DNA of 64,000 nt from Gammaproteobacteria bacterium (GCA_963662545.2 CAXXLL010000003.1:800001-864000), one strand, 5' to 3'; positions 49,070 to 58,597 are shown, numbered from the stretch's first letter. Numbers and translations are program-made. The notes: a model not told the origin generated them from the letters alone.

Positions 49070-49603
49070 TCAGCGCGCTTGCGTGGGGTTCACGATGGAG
49101 TGCTTGTGCAGAAAGAATACGCTGGCGCTGGACCGCTTCAGTTCGCGCCCGGAACGATTAAAAACCGCGGCCTGGAGCTCGTGCGCGCCACGTTCGACTT
49201 CCTCCAGCACGAATTGTGTCGCCTCGCCCGGCTGGCCAAACGGCGCACCGTCGACATAAAGCTGGACTTCATGGCCGAAAGTTGTCTGCAAGCCCGGTGA
49301 AAGAGACACGCTTACGGTGACCGACTGGACATTACGCAGCGTCTCCTCATGCGGTGGACTCGCGATCGCAATGGTCTCGTAAGGCACGGCGGCGGCTTGC
49401 GTATTCGAATACGCATCACTCCACTGCCTCGGCGGCTTGTATGCTGGAACGATCGTCGTTTCGAGGAGCTCGATCGCTTCGGCGCCCTCGCGCGGCGTGT
49501 CGGAGAAGATCACGTTGCCATCCTCGTCGACGTACCGGTAAACCTCGGCGTGGGCGGCCACCGCGGTGGTCAGCAGTAATACAGTAACCATTCGATAGAG
49601 CAT
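49070..49603 (-). CDS. DUF4124-domain exported protein
   Basis: Signal peptide followed by VYRYVDEDGNVIFSDTP; Ig-like C-terminus. Confidence 0.85.
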   Translation of the reverse strand: MLYRMVTVLLLTTAVAAHAEVYRYVDEDGNVIFSDTPREGAEAIELLETTIVPAYKPPRQWSDAYSNTQAAAVPYETIAIASPPHEETLRNVQSVTVSVSLSPGLQTTFGHEVQLYVDGAPFGQPGEATQFVLEEVERGAHELQAAVFNRSGRELKRSSASVFFLHKHSIVNPTQAR

Positions 49604-49670
49604 GATGAAAACCTATCTCAAAATTATCCAAAGTTTATCCCTGCTAGACAGAAAATCCAGTAACCCGTTC

Positions 49671-49699
49671 AAAAAAAAGCCCCCGAAACGGAGGCTTTG
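49671..49699 (-). terminator. Intrinsic terminator after glnA
   Basis: AAAGCCTCCG-TTT-CGGGGGC-TTTTTTTT on the minus strand. Confidence 0.85.
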
Positions 49700-49720
49700 C
49701 GAAAATCACGTGCAGCGCCG

Positions 49721-51130
49721 CTAGACGCTGTAATACATGTCGAATTCGACCGGATGCGTCGTCATACGCAAAGTGTTGACTTCTTCCATCTTGAGATCGA
49801 TGTAGGCATCGATTGTGTCATCTGATAAGACCCCCCCTGCCGTTAGGAATTCCCGATCGCCGTCCAAGGCCTCGAGCGCCTGGTCGAGTGCATAACACAC
49901 GGTCGGAATGCCCTGCTCTTCCTCCGGCGTGAGATCGTAGAAATCCTTGTCGAGCGGCGAGCCGGGATCGATCTTGTTCAAGATCCCGTCGATGCCGGCC
50001 ATCATCATTGATATGAATGTAAAGTAGGGATTGCCTGCAGAGTCGGGGAAACGGACCTCCAAGCGTCGCCCCTTGGGGTTGGAATCCCAGGGAATGCGTA
50101 TCCCGGCCGAGCGATTTCGTGCTGAATAAGCCAGCATTGTCGGCGCCTCGAACCCTGGCACCAGACGCTTGTAGCTGTTCGTCGTAGCATTGGTAAACGC
50201 GTTCAATGCGCGCGCGTGCTTGATGATGCCACCGATGTAATGCAGCGCGGTTTCGGAAATGTCGCCGTACTCGGCGCCGGCGAACAGGTTCTTGCCGCCT
50301 TTGAAAAGCGACTGGTGGACGTGCATGCCGTTGCCGTTGTCGCCGACCAGCGGTTTCGGCATGAAAGTCGCCGTTTTACCGTAGCCATGCGCCACGTTGT
50401 GAATGACGTATTTGAGAATCTGCAAACCGTCTGCGCCGCGGACCAGCGTGTTGAATTTGGTACCAATTTCGCATTGCCCCGCCGTTGCCACCTCGTGATG
50501 ATGGACCTCGGTTTCCAAGCCCATCTCGTCCATGATGAGACACATCGTGGATCGGATGTCCTGCAGGGAATCAACCGGCGGTACGGGGAAGTATCCGCCT
50601 TTGACACCAGGACGGTGGCCGATATTGCCGTCCTCGAATACCTTTCCTGAAGCCCAGGAGCTTTCGTCGGATTCGATCGCATAGAACGCGCCGCTCATCT
50701 CGGCCCCAAAGCGCACGTCGTCAAAGACGAAGAACTCGGGCTCGGGTCCGAAATACGCGGTGTCGCCGACACCCGACGATTTGAGGTAGGCTTCGGCGCG
50801 TTTCGCCGCGGAGCGCGGGCATCGTGCATAACCTTCGCCAGTCGTTGGCTCGACGACATCGCAGCGAATGTTCAGCGTCCGTTCTTCGTAGAACGGATCC
50901 ATGACTGCCGTATCGGGATCCGGCATGAGCATCATGTCGGACTCGTGGATACCTTTCCAACCGGCGATCGATGAACCGTCGAACATCTTGCCGTTTTCGA
51001 AGAAACCCTCGTCAACGACGCGCGCGGGCACGGAGACATGCTGCTCTTTGCCCTTCGTATCGGTAAAGCGGATATCAATAAATTGGACGTCTTCGTCCTT
51101 GATTGTTTTTAGAATATTCTCAACTGACAT
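49721..51130 (-). CDS. glnA: Glutamine synthetase type I
   Basis: [36 protein letters not shown]. Confidence 0.98.
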   Translation of the reverse strand: MSVENILKTIKDEDVQFIDIRFTDTKGKEQHVSVPARVVDEGFFENGKMFDGSSIAGWKGIHESDMMLMPDPDTAVMDPFYEERTLNIRCDVVEPTTGEGYARCPRSAAKRAEAYLKSSGVGDTAYFGPEPEFFVFDDVRFGAEMSGAFYAIESDESSWASGKVFEDGNIGHRPGVKGGYFPVPPVDSLQDIRSTMCLIMDEMGLETEVHHHEVATAGQCEIGTKFNTLVRGADGLQILKYVIHNVAHGYGKTATFMPKPLVGDNGNGMHVHQSLFKGGKNLFAGAEYGDISETALHYIGGIIKHARALNAFTNATTNSYKRLVPGFEAPTMLAYSARNRSAGIRIPWDSNPKGRRLEVRFPDSAGNPYFTFISMMMAGIDGILNKIDPGSPLDKDFYDLTPEEEQGIPTVCYALDQALEALDGDREFLTAGGVLSDDTIDAYIDLKMEEVNTLRMTTHPVEFDMYYSV

Positions 51131-51252
51131 CGGGTAATCCTCCAACCTTCCAAATCCATTAATTCCGGGTCGCTGTCCCCCTGACCGCCTTGCGCTGGCC
51201 GATCTTCGCGCAACCGCCCGTGGCTAATGCGGCCTCCTGTGCGCCATTGGCG

Positions 51253-51269
51253 AGCACAATGCGTGCCAA
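51253..51269 (-). promoter_or_regulatory. sigma54 promoter of glnA
   Basis: TTGGCACGCATTGTGCT = -24 GG / -12 GC with correct spacing. Confidence 0.8.
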
Positions 51270-51317
51270 TGGTAACCTATTGAATCTGCGGGCCGGCGGG
51301 CATTCAAACCCGATGCT

Positions 51318-51365
51318 TGCACCATTTTGCGACGTTACCGGCGCCTGACGCACTTTTTTAGCGCG
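51318..51365. promoter_or_regulatory. Paired NtrC enhancer-like sites
   Basis: TGCACCATTTTGCGACG and CGCACTTTTTTAGCGCG, 31 bp apart, upstream of the sigma54 promoter. Confidence 0.55.
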
Positions 51366-51367
51366 AA

Positions 51368-52618
51368 CTAGCTGATCAGACAATCCTGTTCACTCGCCAG
51401 CATGCCGGATACCGTCTCCCGCGACCGTATGATCTTGAAGCCATCGGTATCGATCAATACCTCAGGTGGCCGCAGTCTTGCATTGTAGTTCGACGTCATG
51501 ACGAAGCCATACGCACCGGTTCCCATGATTGCGAGCAAATCGCCGGGCGCGGCATTAAGCTCTCGTTGTCGGGCAAGCCAATCACCGGTCTCGCAAACCG
51601 GTCCGACGAGGTCGCAGACGAGCGCTTCGTTACCGGCAGATTTTTCGGTCACCGGCAGGATGTCATGCCATGCGTCATAGAGGGCCGGCCGGATGAGGTC
51701 GTTCATCGCAGCATCGACTATGACGAAGTTTTTAGCTTCGGTGCGTTTCAAATATTCGACGCGCGTGAGCAGCAATCCGGCCTCCCCAACGAGCGAACGT
51801 CCCGGTTCAAGCGCTACTGAATAATGCGCCGGGATCTCGGCACAAATCGCTTTCACGAATGCATCGATTTCAGGCGGGCGTTCGTCGCTGTAGCGTATAC
51901 CGAGTCCGCCTCCAACATCGACATGATCGAGTTCGATACCGATAGCCCGAAGATCTTCGGCGAGTTCAACGATCTGGCGCGCAGCATCGACCACCGGACC
52001 GACTGATACCAACTGCGAGCCGATGTGGCTGGCGATACCGACGGGTTCCAACCACGGATCGTCAGCGGCAGCCTGGTAGATATCACGTACTTCGCCCAAG
52101 GGGACGCCAAACTTGTTTTCCCTGAGCCCGGTCGAGATATAGGGATGGGTTCCCGGATCGATATCCGGATTGACCCGGACACTGATGGAGGCGAGCCGAT
52201 CGAATGCCTTCGCGGCACTCGAAATTCGCTCGAGTTCCGCAAGTGACTCCACGTTGATGCAGGCGACACCCACCTCGATCGCCCGGGCGATTTCATCACG
52301 TGTTTTCCCGACCCCGGAAAACACCACGTCTTCGGCACGGGCACCGGCCGCCAGCACACGCTCCAACTCTCCGCCGGAAACGATATCGAAACCGGCGCCC
52401 AAGCGGCTGAGCAGCCGGATGATCGAAAGGTTTCCATTGGCCTTTACCGAATAACAGATCTGGTGGTCGCGGCCACTGAAACCCGCGTCATAGGCGCGCC
52501 AGCGCGCCTCGATCATCGCCCTGGAATATACGTAGCAAGGCGTCCCCACAGCTGCGGCGATCTCGGCCAGGTCCGTACCGTCTACATGGAGACGCCTTTC
52601 ACGATACTCGTGGCGCAT
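51368..52618 (-). CDS. lysA: Diaminopimelate decarboxylase
   Basis: YSVKAN, HIGSQ, EPGRS, GPVCETGD, MTSNYN. Confidence 0.97.
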   Translation of the reverse strand: MRHEYRERRLHVDGTDLAEIAAAVGTPCYVYSRAMIEARWRAYDAGFSGRDHQICYSVKANGNLSIIRLLSRLGAGFDIVSGGELERVLAAGARAEDVVFSGVGKTRDEIARAIEVGVACINVESLAELERISSAAKAFDRLASISVRVNPDIDPGTHPYISTGLRENKFGVPLGEVRDIYQAAADDPWLEPVGIASHIGSQLVSVGPVVDAARQIVELAEDLRAIGIELDHVDVGGGLGIRYSDERPPEIDAFVKAICAEIPAHYSVALEPGRSLVGEAGLLLTRVEYLKRTEAKNFVIVDAAMNDLIRPALYDAWHDILPVTEKSAGNEALVCDLVGPVCETGDWLARQRELNAAPGDLLAIMGTGAYGFVMTSNYNARLRPPEVLIDTDGFKIIRSRETVSGMLASEQDCLIS

Positions 52619-52755
52619 ATTGGAACCTCTGGTTCGTTCCGGATCGGGTTCAGGCGGATGTTTGTCCCCGCAACCGTTGCGGGTGCGCGCAGTGTAGCGG
52701 CAACACCATCAGTGGGCGACAACGATGTGCGTGCGCGGCCCCTCGACTCGGTGCC

Positions 52756-52884
52756 TCAGCGTCGGTATTCCTGGTATTTGTCCGGGTGATACAAGTCACC
52801 CTTTTGTCCGCAGCCAACGAGTCCCACTGTGGATCCAAACACCAGCGCCAGGAAGAGCAGACCTATCAGAACGGACTTACGCAT
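52756..52884 (-). CDS. Small lipoprotein of the LptM/LppL (YifL) family, absent from the ORF track
   Basis: MRKSVLIGLLFLALVFGSTVGLVG-CGQKGDLYHP...; lipobox plus CGQKG.LY.P, upstream of lysA. Confidence 0.85.
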   Translation of the reverse strand: MRKSVLIGLLFLALVFGSTVGLVGCGQKGDLYHPDKYQEYRR

Positions 52885-52947
52885 AGCGGTGAGGTGGTTC
52901 CTGCAAGATCAGGGTCCGGGAATGATAATAAGTTCGACGCGACGCGC

Positions 52948-52989
52948 CTAGCAGCCTGTCGAAAAACGGGGTTTTTCACCAGCCCGCTG
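52948..52989. repeat. Collapsed mini-element related to MITE family A ends
   Basis: CTAGCAGCCTGTCGAAAAAC-GGG-GTTTTTCACCAGCCCG. Confidence 0.55.
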
Positions 52990-53012
52990 CCGCGGAATAT
53001 GAGCTGAGAAGC

Positions 53013-54293
53013 TCAATGCGTCCTTCGTCCCGGCCGGTTTCCCCGGCGCCGCGACGAGCGTCGCCGATTTCCTTCCCGAGGCGGGCGGCCGTCGTCACCC
53101 TTAGGCGGTTGCAAATCGATCAGCAGGTCTTCGCTAACCTGGGCGATCGGAATCTTGTGGCCGAGAAATTCTTCAATACTTTCCAAGGAAAAAACATAAG
53201 CTTCGCACACCAGGCTGATGGCATCGCCGCCTGCACCGGCCCGCGCGGTCCGTCCGATACGGTGTACGTAGTCCTCACCATTCTGAGGAAGATCGAAATT
53301 GACCACGTGGCTCACATCGGGGATGTGCAAGCCGCGGGCGGCGACATCCGTGGCCACGACGATGTCCACTTCCCCCGTCTTGAACTGTTCGATGAGACGC
53401 TGCCGCTTACTCTGAATCACGTCTCCGGACAAAGCGCGAGCGTGAAAACCATTACCCTTGAAATAGGCGACGACGTCGGCCACCGCTCGTTTCGTGTTCA
53501 CGAACACCAGGGAACGGCTTGGGTCGAGATGTTTGAACAAACCGATCAGCAAAGACATCTTTTGCTCGGAACCGACGTGGTACAACGACTGGACGACTTT
53601 ATCCGCTGTACGCTTGTCCGGCGCTATCTCGACAACCTGGGGGTTATTCATGTGCTCGTAGGCGAGTTCATTAACGCGCAAGGATAGTGTCGCCGAGTAC
53701 AACATGCTCAGGCGCTTGGTCGGATGAGGGGTGCGGCGCAGCAGAAAGCGAAGATCCTTGATGAACCCGAGGTCGAACATGCGATCGGCTTCGTCAAGCA
53801 CGAGCGAATTAATCCCTTTTAGTGAGTAGACACCCTGTTTGAAATAATCGATCAAGCGACCTGGCGTTCCGATGAGAATATCGACGCCATCGGTCACCTG
53901 TTCACGTTGCTTTTCGTAGTCGACGCCGCCATAAACGAGCGCCAGCCTCAAATCGGTATGGGCGCCGATCGTCTGCGCGTCTTTGTAAATCTGAATTGCG
54001 AGTTCACGCGTCGGTGCCAGGATCAATGCCGCCGGCGCGGTACGGTCGTCGATAACGCCGCCCGCTCCTTGCTCGCCGAGCAGTCGATTCATGATCGCAA
54101 GCAGGTAAGCGGCGGTCTTTCCAGTGCCCGTCTGCGCCTGACCAGCAACATCCCGTCCTTCCAGCAGCAATGGCAGTGTGCGCGCCTGAATTGGGGTGCA
54201 AAACTGAAACCCCGCGTCATCCAGCCCCTGGATCAGGCGTTTATCAAGTGGGAGATCAGTAAACTGGACTTCTGTGATGAGATCGCCTCTCAC
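53013..54293 (-). CDS. rhlB: DEAD-box RNA helicase RhlB
   Basis: AQTGTGKT, DEADRMFDLGF, SAT, HRIGRTAR; divergent from trxA. Confidence 0.93.
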   Translation of the reverse strand: MRGDLITEVQFTDLPLDKRLIQGLDDAGFQFCTPIQARTLPLLLEGRDVAGQAQTGTGKTAAYLLAIMNRLLGEQGAGGVIDDRTAPAALILAPTRELAIQIYKDAQTIGAHTDLRLALVYGGVDYEKQREQVTDGVDILIGTPGRLIDYFKQGVYSLKGINSLVLDEADRMFDLGFIKDLRFLLRRTPHPTKRLSMLYSATLSLRVNELAYEHMNNPQVVEIAPDKRTADKVVQSLYHVGSEQKMSLLIGLFKHLDPSRSLVFVNTKRAVADVVAYFKGNGFHARALSGDVIQSKRQRLIEQFKTGEVDIVVATDVAARGLHIPDVSHVVNFDLPQNGEDYVHRIGRTARAGAGGDAISLVCEAYVFSLESIEEFLGHKIPIAQVSEDLLIDLQPPKGDDGRPPREGNRRRSSRRRGNRPGRRTH

Positions 54294-54394
54294 CGGGTCT
54301 TCTCCGGTAAGATCGAGCCATTCTCAAGCTTGCATTTGTGTTTCGGTTCGGTCGAAAATGCAGTCGTCACAATATTCGTGAGATAAACCCCTAG

Positions 54395-54721
54395 ATGAGC
54401 GAAAACTTAATCCACGTTACCGATGAATCTTTCGATTCGGACGTATTGCAGTCCGAAACGCCAGTTCTCGTAGACTACTGGGCGGAATGGTGCGGCCCAT
54501 GCAAAATGATAGCGCCAATTCTCGACGAGGTCTCATCGGAATACACCGACAAACTCAGAATTGCCAAGCTCGATGTCGACCAGAATCAGGCCACCTCTAT
54601 GAAGTATGGTATCCGCGGCGTTCCAACTTTGATGCTGTTCAAGGAAGGCAATATCGTGGCAACCCATGTGGGCGCCCTAACGAAATCGCAACTCACGGCA
54701 TTCATAGACGGTAACGTTTAA
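54395..54721 (+). CDS. trxA: Thioredoxin
   Basis: WCGPC motif. Confidence 0.97.
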   Translation: MSENLIHVTDESFDSDVLQSETPVLVDYWAEWCGPCKMIAPILDEVSSEYTDKLRIAKLDVDQNQATSMKYGIRGVPTLMLFKEGNIVATHVGALTKSQLTAFIDGNV

Positions 54722-54731
54722 TCGAGATTAT

Positions 54732-54763
54732 CGTATCACCGGCGGCCTGCCGCCGGTGATACG
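54732..54763. repeat. Perfect 15-bp inverted repeat between trxA and rho
   Basis: CGTATCACCGGCGGC-CT-GCCGCCGGTGATACG. Confidence 0.85.
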
Positions 54764-54923
54764 TCTCAAACCGGGGTAGACGCCACTCAAGTTGCGTGCT
54801 ATCTTTTCCAATGTAGATCCAAGCGACCTGCCCGGATCTGATCTCCACTGAATATTTCTTGTTTTTTCCGCTTTCGCGCATCGCGTGGCCAACGCGTGAC
54901 TTACACCACACACCAACTCCAAG

Positions 54924-56180
54924 ATGAATCTGACTGAACTCAAGCAAAAACCCGCGTCCGAACTCGTAAATATAGCGGACGACATGGGCCTCGACGGTGT
55001 CGCCCGTGCACGTAAGCAGGACGTCATATTCGGCATCCTCAAAGCGCACGCCAAGAAAGGGGAAGATATCTCCGGCGACGGCGTGCTCGAAATCCTGCAG
55101 GATGGTTTCGGATTTCTGCGCTCGGCTGATTGTTCCTATCTGGCCGGACCGGACGACATCTACGTGTCGCCGAGCCAGATTCGCAGATTCAGTCTCCGAA
55201 CCGGCGACACAATCTCCGGCAAAATCCGGCCGCCGAAAGACGGCGAGCGGTACTTCGCACTGTTGAAAGTGGGTGAAATCAACTTCGAGCCGCCGGAAAA
55301 CGCAAAGAACAAGGTTTTATTCGAAAATCTAACACCGCTGTTTCCACAGGAGCGTCTTAAGCTCGAACTCGGAAATGGCAGCACTGAGGATTTGACACCC
55401 AGGATCATCGACCTGGCGTCGCCGATCGGAAGAGGCCAGCGCGGTCTGGTGATCTCACCGCCCAAGGCCGGTAAAACGATGATGCTGCAGGGTATTGCCC
55501 ATTCAATCGAGATCAATCATCCCGATTGCTTTCTCATCGTGTTGCTCATCGACGAACGTCCTGAAGAAGTTACGGAAATGCAGCGCTCGGTACGCGGTGA
55601 AGTAGTCTCGAGTACCTTCGACGAACCCGCCAGCCGCCACGTGCAGGTGGCGGAAATGGTCATCGAGAAAGCCAAGCGCCTGGTCGAGCACAAGCGCGAC
55701 GTAGTCATCGTGCTGGATTCGATCACGCGGCTGGCCCGCGCCTACAACACAGTCGTTCCTTCGTCGGGTAAGGTGCTGACGGGCGGTGTCGATGCGAATG
55801 CGCTGCAGCGCCCGAAGCGCTTTTTCGGCGCAGCGAGAAACATTGAGGAAGGCGGCAGCTTGACGATCATGGCCACGGCACTCGTCGATACGGGTTCGCG
55901 CATGGATGACGTCATCTACGAAGAGTTCAAGGGCACGGGCAACATGGAAATTCATCTCGATCGCAAGATCTCCGAGAAGCGAGTATTCCCGGCCGTCAAC
56001 ATCAATCGCTCTGGTACCCGGAAAGAAGAAATCTTAACCAGGCCCGATGAACTTCAGAAAATTTGGATCTTGCGGAAATTGCTCCATCCGATGGAAGAAG
56101 TCACCGCGATGGAATTCCTGATTGAGAGGCTGAAAGCCACCAAAACCAATGCCGAATTCTTCGACGCGATGAAGCGCTGA
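54924..56180 (+). CDS. rho: Transcription termination factor Rho
   Basis: [30 protein letters not shown]. Confidence 0.98.
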   Translation: MNLTELKQKPASELVNIADDMGLDGVARARKQDVIFGILKAHAKKGEDISGDGVLEILQDGFGFLRSADCSYLAGPDDIYVSPSQIRRFSLRTGDTISGKIRPPKDGERYFALLKVGEINFEPPENAKNKVLFENLTPLFPQERLKLELGNGSTEDLTPRIIDLASPIGRGQRGLVISPPKAGKTMMLQGIAHSIEINHPDCFLIVLLIDERPEEVTEMQRSVRGEVVSSTFDEPASRHVQVAEMVIEKAKRLVEHKRDVVIVLDSITRLARAYNTVVPSSGKVLTGGVDANALQRPKRFFGAARNIEEGGSLTIMATALVDTGSRMDDVIYEEFKGTGNMEIHLDRKISEKRVFPAVNINRSGTRKEEILTRPDELQKIWILRKLLHPMEEVTAMEFLIERLKATKTNAEFFDAMKR

Positions 56181-56203
56181 GCGCGTAGAATCTAGGGAAC
56201 CTT

Positions 56204-57626
56204 CATAGGTTAGTTCTTAAGCGGCCGCATGAACATGCTGAAGGCCGAGCTTGAGTCGTCCCGAAATGCAATCGCGGTCAGGTTTTGCGCGCTGAGCGTT
56301 GCTGGCCAAATAGCGCAACGCGTGTTCGAGCGGTCGGTGTAAAGAGCGGGGCCGATGGATAAGCGTATGGAGAATGGGACCGAGCACGTGATGAATGCAC
56401 TTGGCCGCGGTATGAGTCGAGATGGCGACGTTCAACCAGCGCTCGGTGACATGAGCGCAATAGCGCTGCAGCGTTGCGGCGCATAGTGCGGCCCAGATAA
56501 GCCCTTCGGCGATGTGCGGGTTGGCGGTATCAAAGGCGTGTAGATTGGCGTAAGACTTCCACTCTTTGAATAGCAGCTCGACCTGCCAGCGTAATCGATA
56601 CGCGTCGCTAATATGCTCGGGCGTAAAGGTGGTGGCGTCGAGATTGGTGATGAGATAACGAGGTGCTGCACCTTTTTTAAGGTTGGGGTGCACGACTAAA
56701 CGACAGGTCCAGGGTCCCTGCACGCCGTCGAATTGCACGACCATGTCGAGGCAATCGAAGCGCTTTAAGGTCGATGCCACCGCTTTCAATCGCTGCTTGT
56801 CAAAGCGTTTGACCCGCCGCCCATCGGCGCGACGAGCGGCAACGATCAGCGGATTGATACCTTGACCCGCGCGCACGATGAAATAGCCGCCGGCGGTGTC
56901 GAGCGCTTCAAAGTAAGGCCGCGCGAAGTAGCCACGGTCGGCCAGCAGCAAACCACCAGCGACCTCTTCAACGGCCGGCAAGAACTGCCGCTCTGCTGAG
57001 CTGTCAGGGCTGAGTACGACCTCGTTCAGGGTCTCACTGAGCAGGTCGAGATCGGCATGGAGCTCTACCGCGGCGGGACTCACGGTCGTGAAGCGACCGG
57101 GAAAGCTGTCCTTCAGCGCCGGTTTTAACGCAAACGAGGTGCCGTCCTGGATGCGGATGTGGTCAAACTGCGCAAATGGGCTGTTGGGTTCGAATCGGAG
57201 GACATCGCAGGCCAGGCCATTGAGCAATTCGCTTAGCAGCGCTTGCATAAACATCGGAAACTGTTTTTTGGCGAGCTGATTATGAAACGGTTTGTAGCGC
57301 ACCGTGGTCGAGCACAGCGCATTGAAAGCGCGTTGAATATCAGCGATACAGCTCGCTGAGTGCCCGGCGAAGCTTTCGATTAGGCTTACCGCTAAACGGA
57401 ACGGCGTGACCTCCCTTTCTCGGCGACAGAATCGCGTTGCACGCCCCAAGTCGTTGAGCGTACGCTCGCCTAGCGTGCGTTTTAACTGCCGGCTCACTGT
57501 GCTAATTTCGCTGTGCTTCATCCGATACTCCCAGATCACGAAGTCGATTGGTGTTGATTTCATGATCTGATCGGATGGAGCGCTTTTGGTTCCCTCTTTT
57601 CAACGGCTTATAAGATCCGACCTATG
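56204..57626 (-). mobile_element. IS4-family insertion sequence, 1423 bp
   Basis: TIRs CATAGGTTAGTTCTT / CATAGGTCGGATCTT (reverse complement); 10-bp target duplication AGGGAACCTT at 56194-56203 and 57627-57636. Confidence 0.9.
56217..57563 (-). CDS. IS4-family DDE transposase (start could be 57521)
   Basis: QDGT, LADRGYF, YRLRWQVELLFKEWKS (YREK signature). Confidence 0.93.
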   Translation of the reverse strand: MKSTPIDFVIWEYRMKHSEISTVSRQLKRTLGERTLNDLGRATRFCRREREVTPFRLAVSLIESFAGHSASCIADIQRAFNALCSTTVRYKPFHNQLAKKQFPMFMQALLSELLNGLACDVLRFEPNSPFAQFDHIRIQDGTSFALKPALKDSFPGRFTTVSPAAVELHADLDLLSETLNEVVLSPDSSAERQFLPAVEEVAGGLLLADRGYFARPYFEALDTAGGYFIVRAGQGINPLIVAARRADGRRVKRFDKQRLKAVASTLKRFDCLDMVVQFDGVQGPWTCRLVVHPNLKKGAAPRYLITNLDATTFTPEHISDAYRLRWQVELLFKEWKSYANLHAFDTANPHIAEGLIWAALCAATLQRYCAHVTERWLNVAISTHTAAKCIHHVLGPILHTLIHRPRSLHRPLEHALRYLASNAQRAKPDRDCISGRLKLGLQHVHAAA

Positions 57627-57658
57627 AGGGAACCTTAACTTTATATCTTTTATCTAAA

Positions 57659-58256
57659 CGGCTGCCATCCATGGCGGTACGTTCCCGGCTTCGTTGTGCT
57701 CCAGCCCGACCATCCCTGGTCGGTCGTTCGCTCCTGCCCGAGCAGTGCTCGGGCTCGACGCTTCGCGTCGACCGTCACTCACGGACTTTGATGGGGTCGC
57801 CATCTTAATGGTTCAGCGGCTGCCATCCATGGCGGTACGTTCCCGACTTCGTTGTGCTCCAGCCCGACCATCCCTGGTCGGTCGTTCGCTCCTGCCCGAG
57901 CAGTGCTCGGGCTCGACGCTTCGCGTCGACCGTCGCTCACGGACTTTGATGGGGTCGCCATCCTATTTGTTCAGCGGCTGCCATCCATGGCGGTACGTTC
58001 CCGACTTCGTTGCGCTCCAGCCCGACCATCCCTGGTCGGTCGTTCGCTCCTGCCCGAGCAGTGCTCGGGCTCGACGCTTCGCGTCGACCGTCGCTCACGG
58101 ACTTTGATGGGGTCGCCATCCTATTTGTTCAGCGGCTGCCATCCATGGCGGTACGTTCCCGACTTCGTTGTGCTCCAGCCCGACCATCCCTGGTCGGTCG
58201 TTCGCTCCTGCCCGAGCAGTGCTCGGGCTCGACGCTTCGCGTCGACCGTCGCTCAC
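57659..58256 (-). repeat. Tandem array with 158-bp period (four 124-bp cores and three 34-bp linkers), hairpin-rich
   Basis: Units start at 57659, 57817, 57975 and 58133 and differ by a few substitutions. Confidence 0.95.
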
Positions 58257-58597
58257 CCCGGTGGCCAGCCGAACTTTCTCCCGCCGAGCACGTGGATATG
58301 CAGATGAAACACGCTCTGCCCCACCGCAGCACCATTGTTTACGACCAGACGAAAAGCGTCGGCATACCCTTCAGTCGTCGCAATTTCGCCGCATTTCACC
58401 AGCAAATGGCCCAGCAAACCGGCATCGTCTTCGTCGGCCTCGACTACAGTTGGAATGGGTTTTTTGGGGCACACCAGAATGTGCATGGGTGCTTGCGGGT
58501 TGACGTCCCTGAAGGCGATGCAGCGCTCGTCCTCAAAGAGGATATCGGCCGGTATCTCGCGCGCGATGATCTTTTCAAAGAGCGTCATTTCAGACAT
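58253..58597 (-). CDS. HIT-family nucleotide-binding protein (HinT-like)
   Basis: FEKII.REIPA, GQSVFHLHIHVLGGR...WPPG. Confidence 0.94.
   Translation of the reverse strand: MSEMTLFEKIIAREIPADILFEDERCIAFRDVNPQAPMHILVCPKKPIPTVVEADEDDAGLLGHLLVKCGEIATTEGYADAFRLVVNNGAAVGQSVFHLHIHVLGGRKFGWPPG

Noticed and set aside
52619-52755. Lysine riboswitch upstream of lysA
   Set aside because: Too short and lacks the recognisable L-box conserved core; only one hairpin is seen.
57659-58256. CRISPR array interpretation of the tandem repeat
   Set aside because: The repeat is 124 bp, the linkers are near-identical rather than unique spacers, and no cas genes are present.
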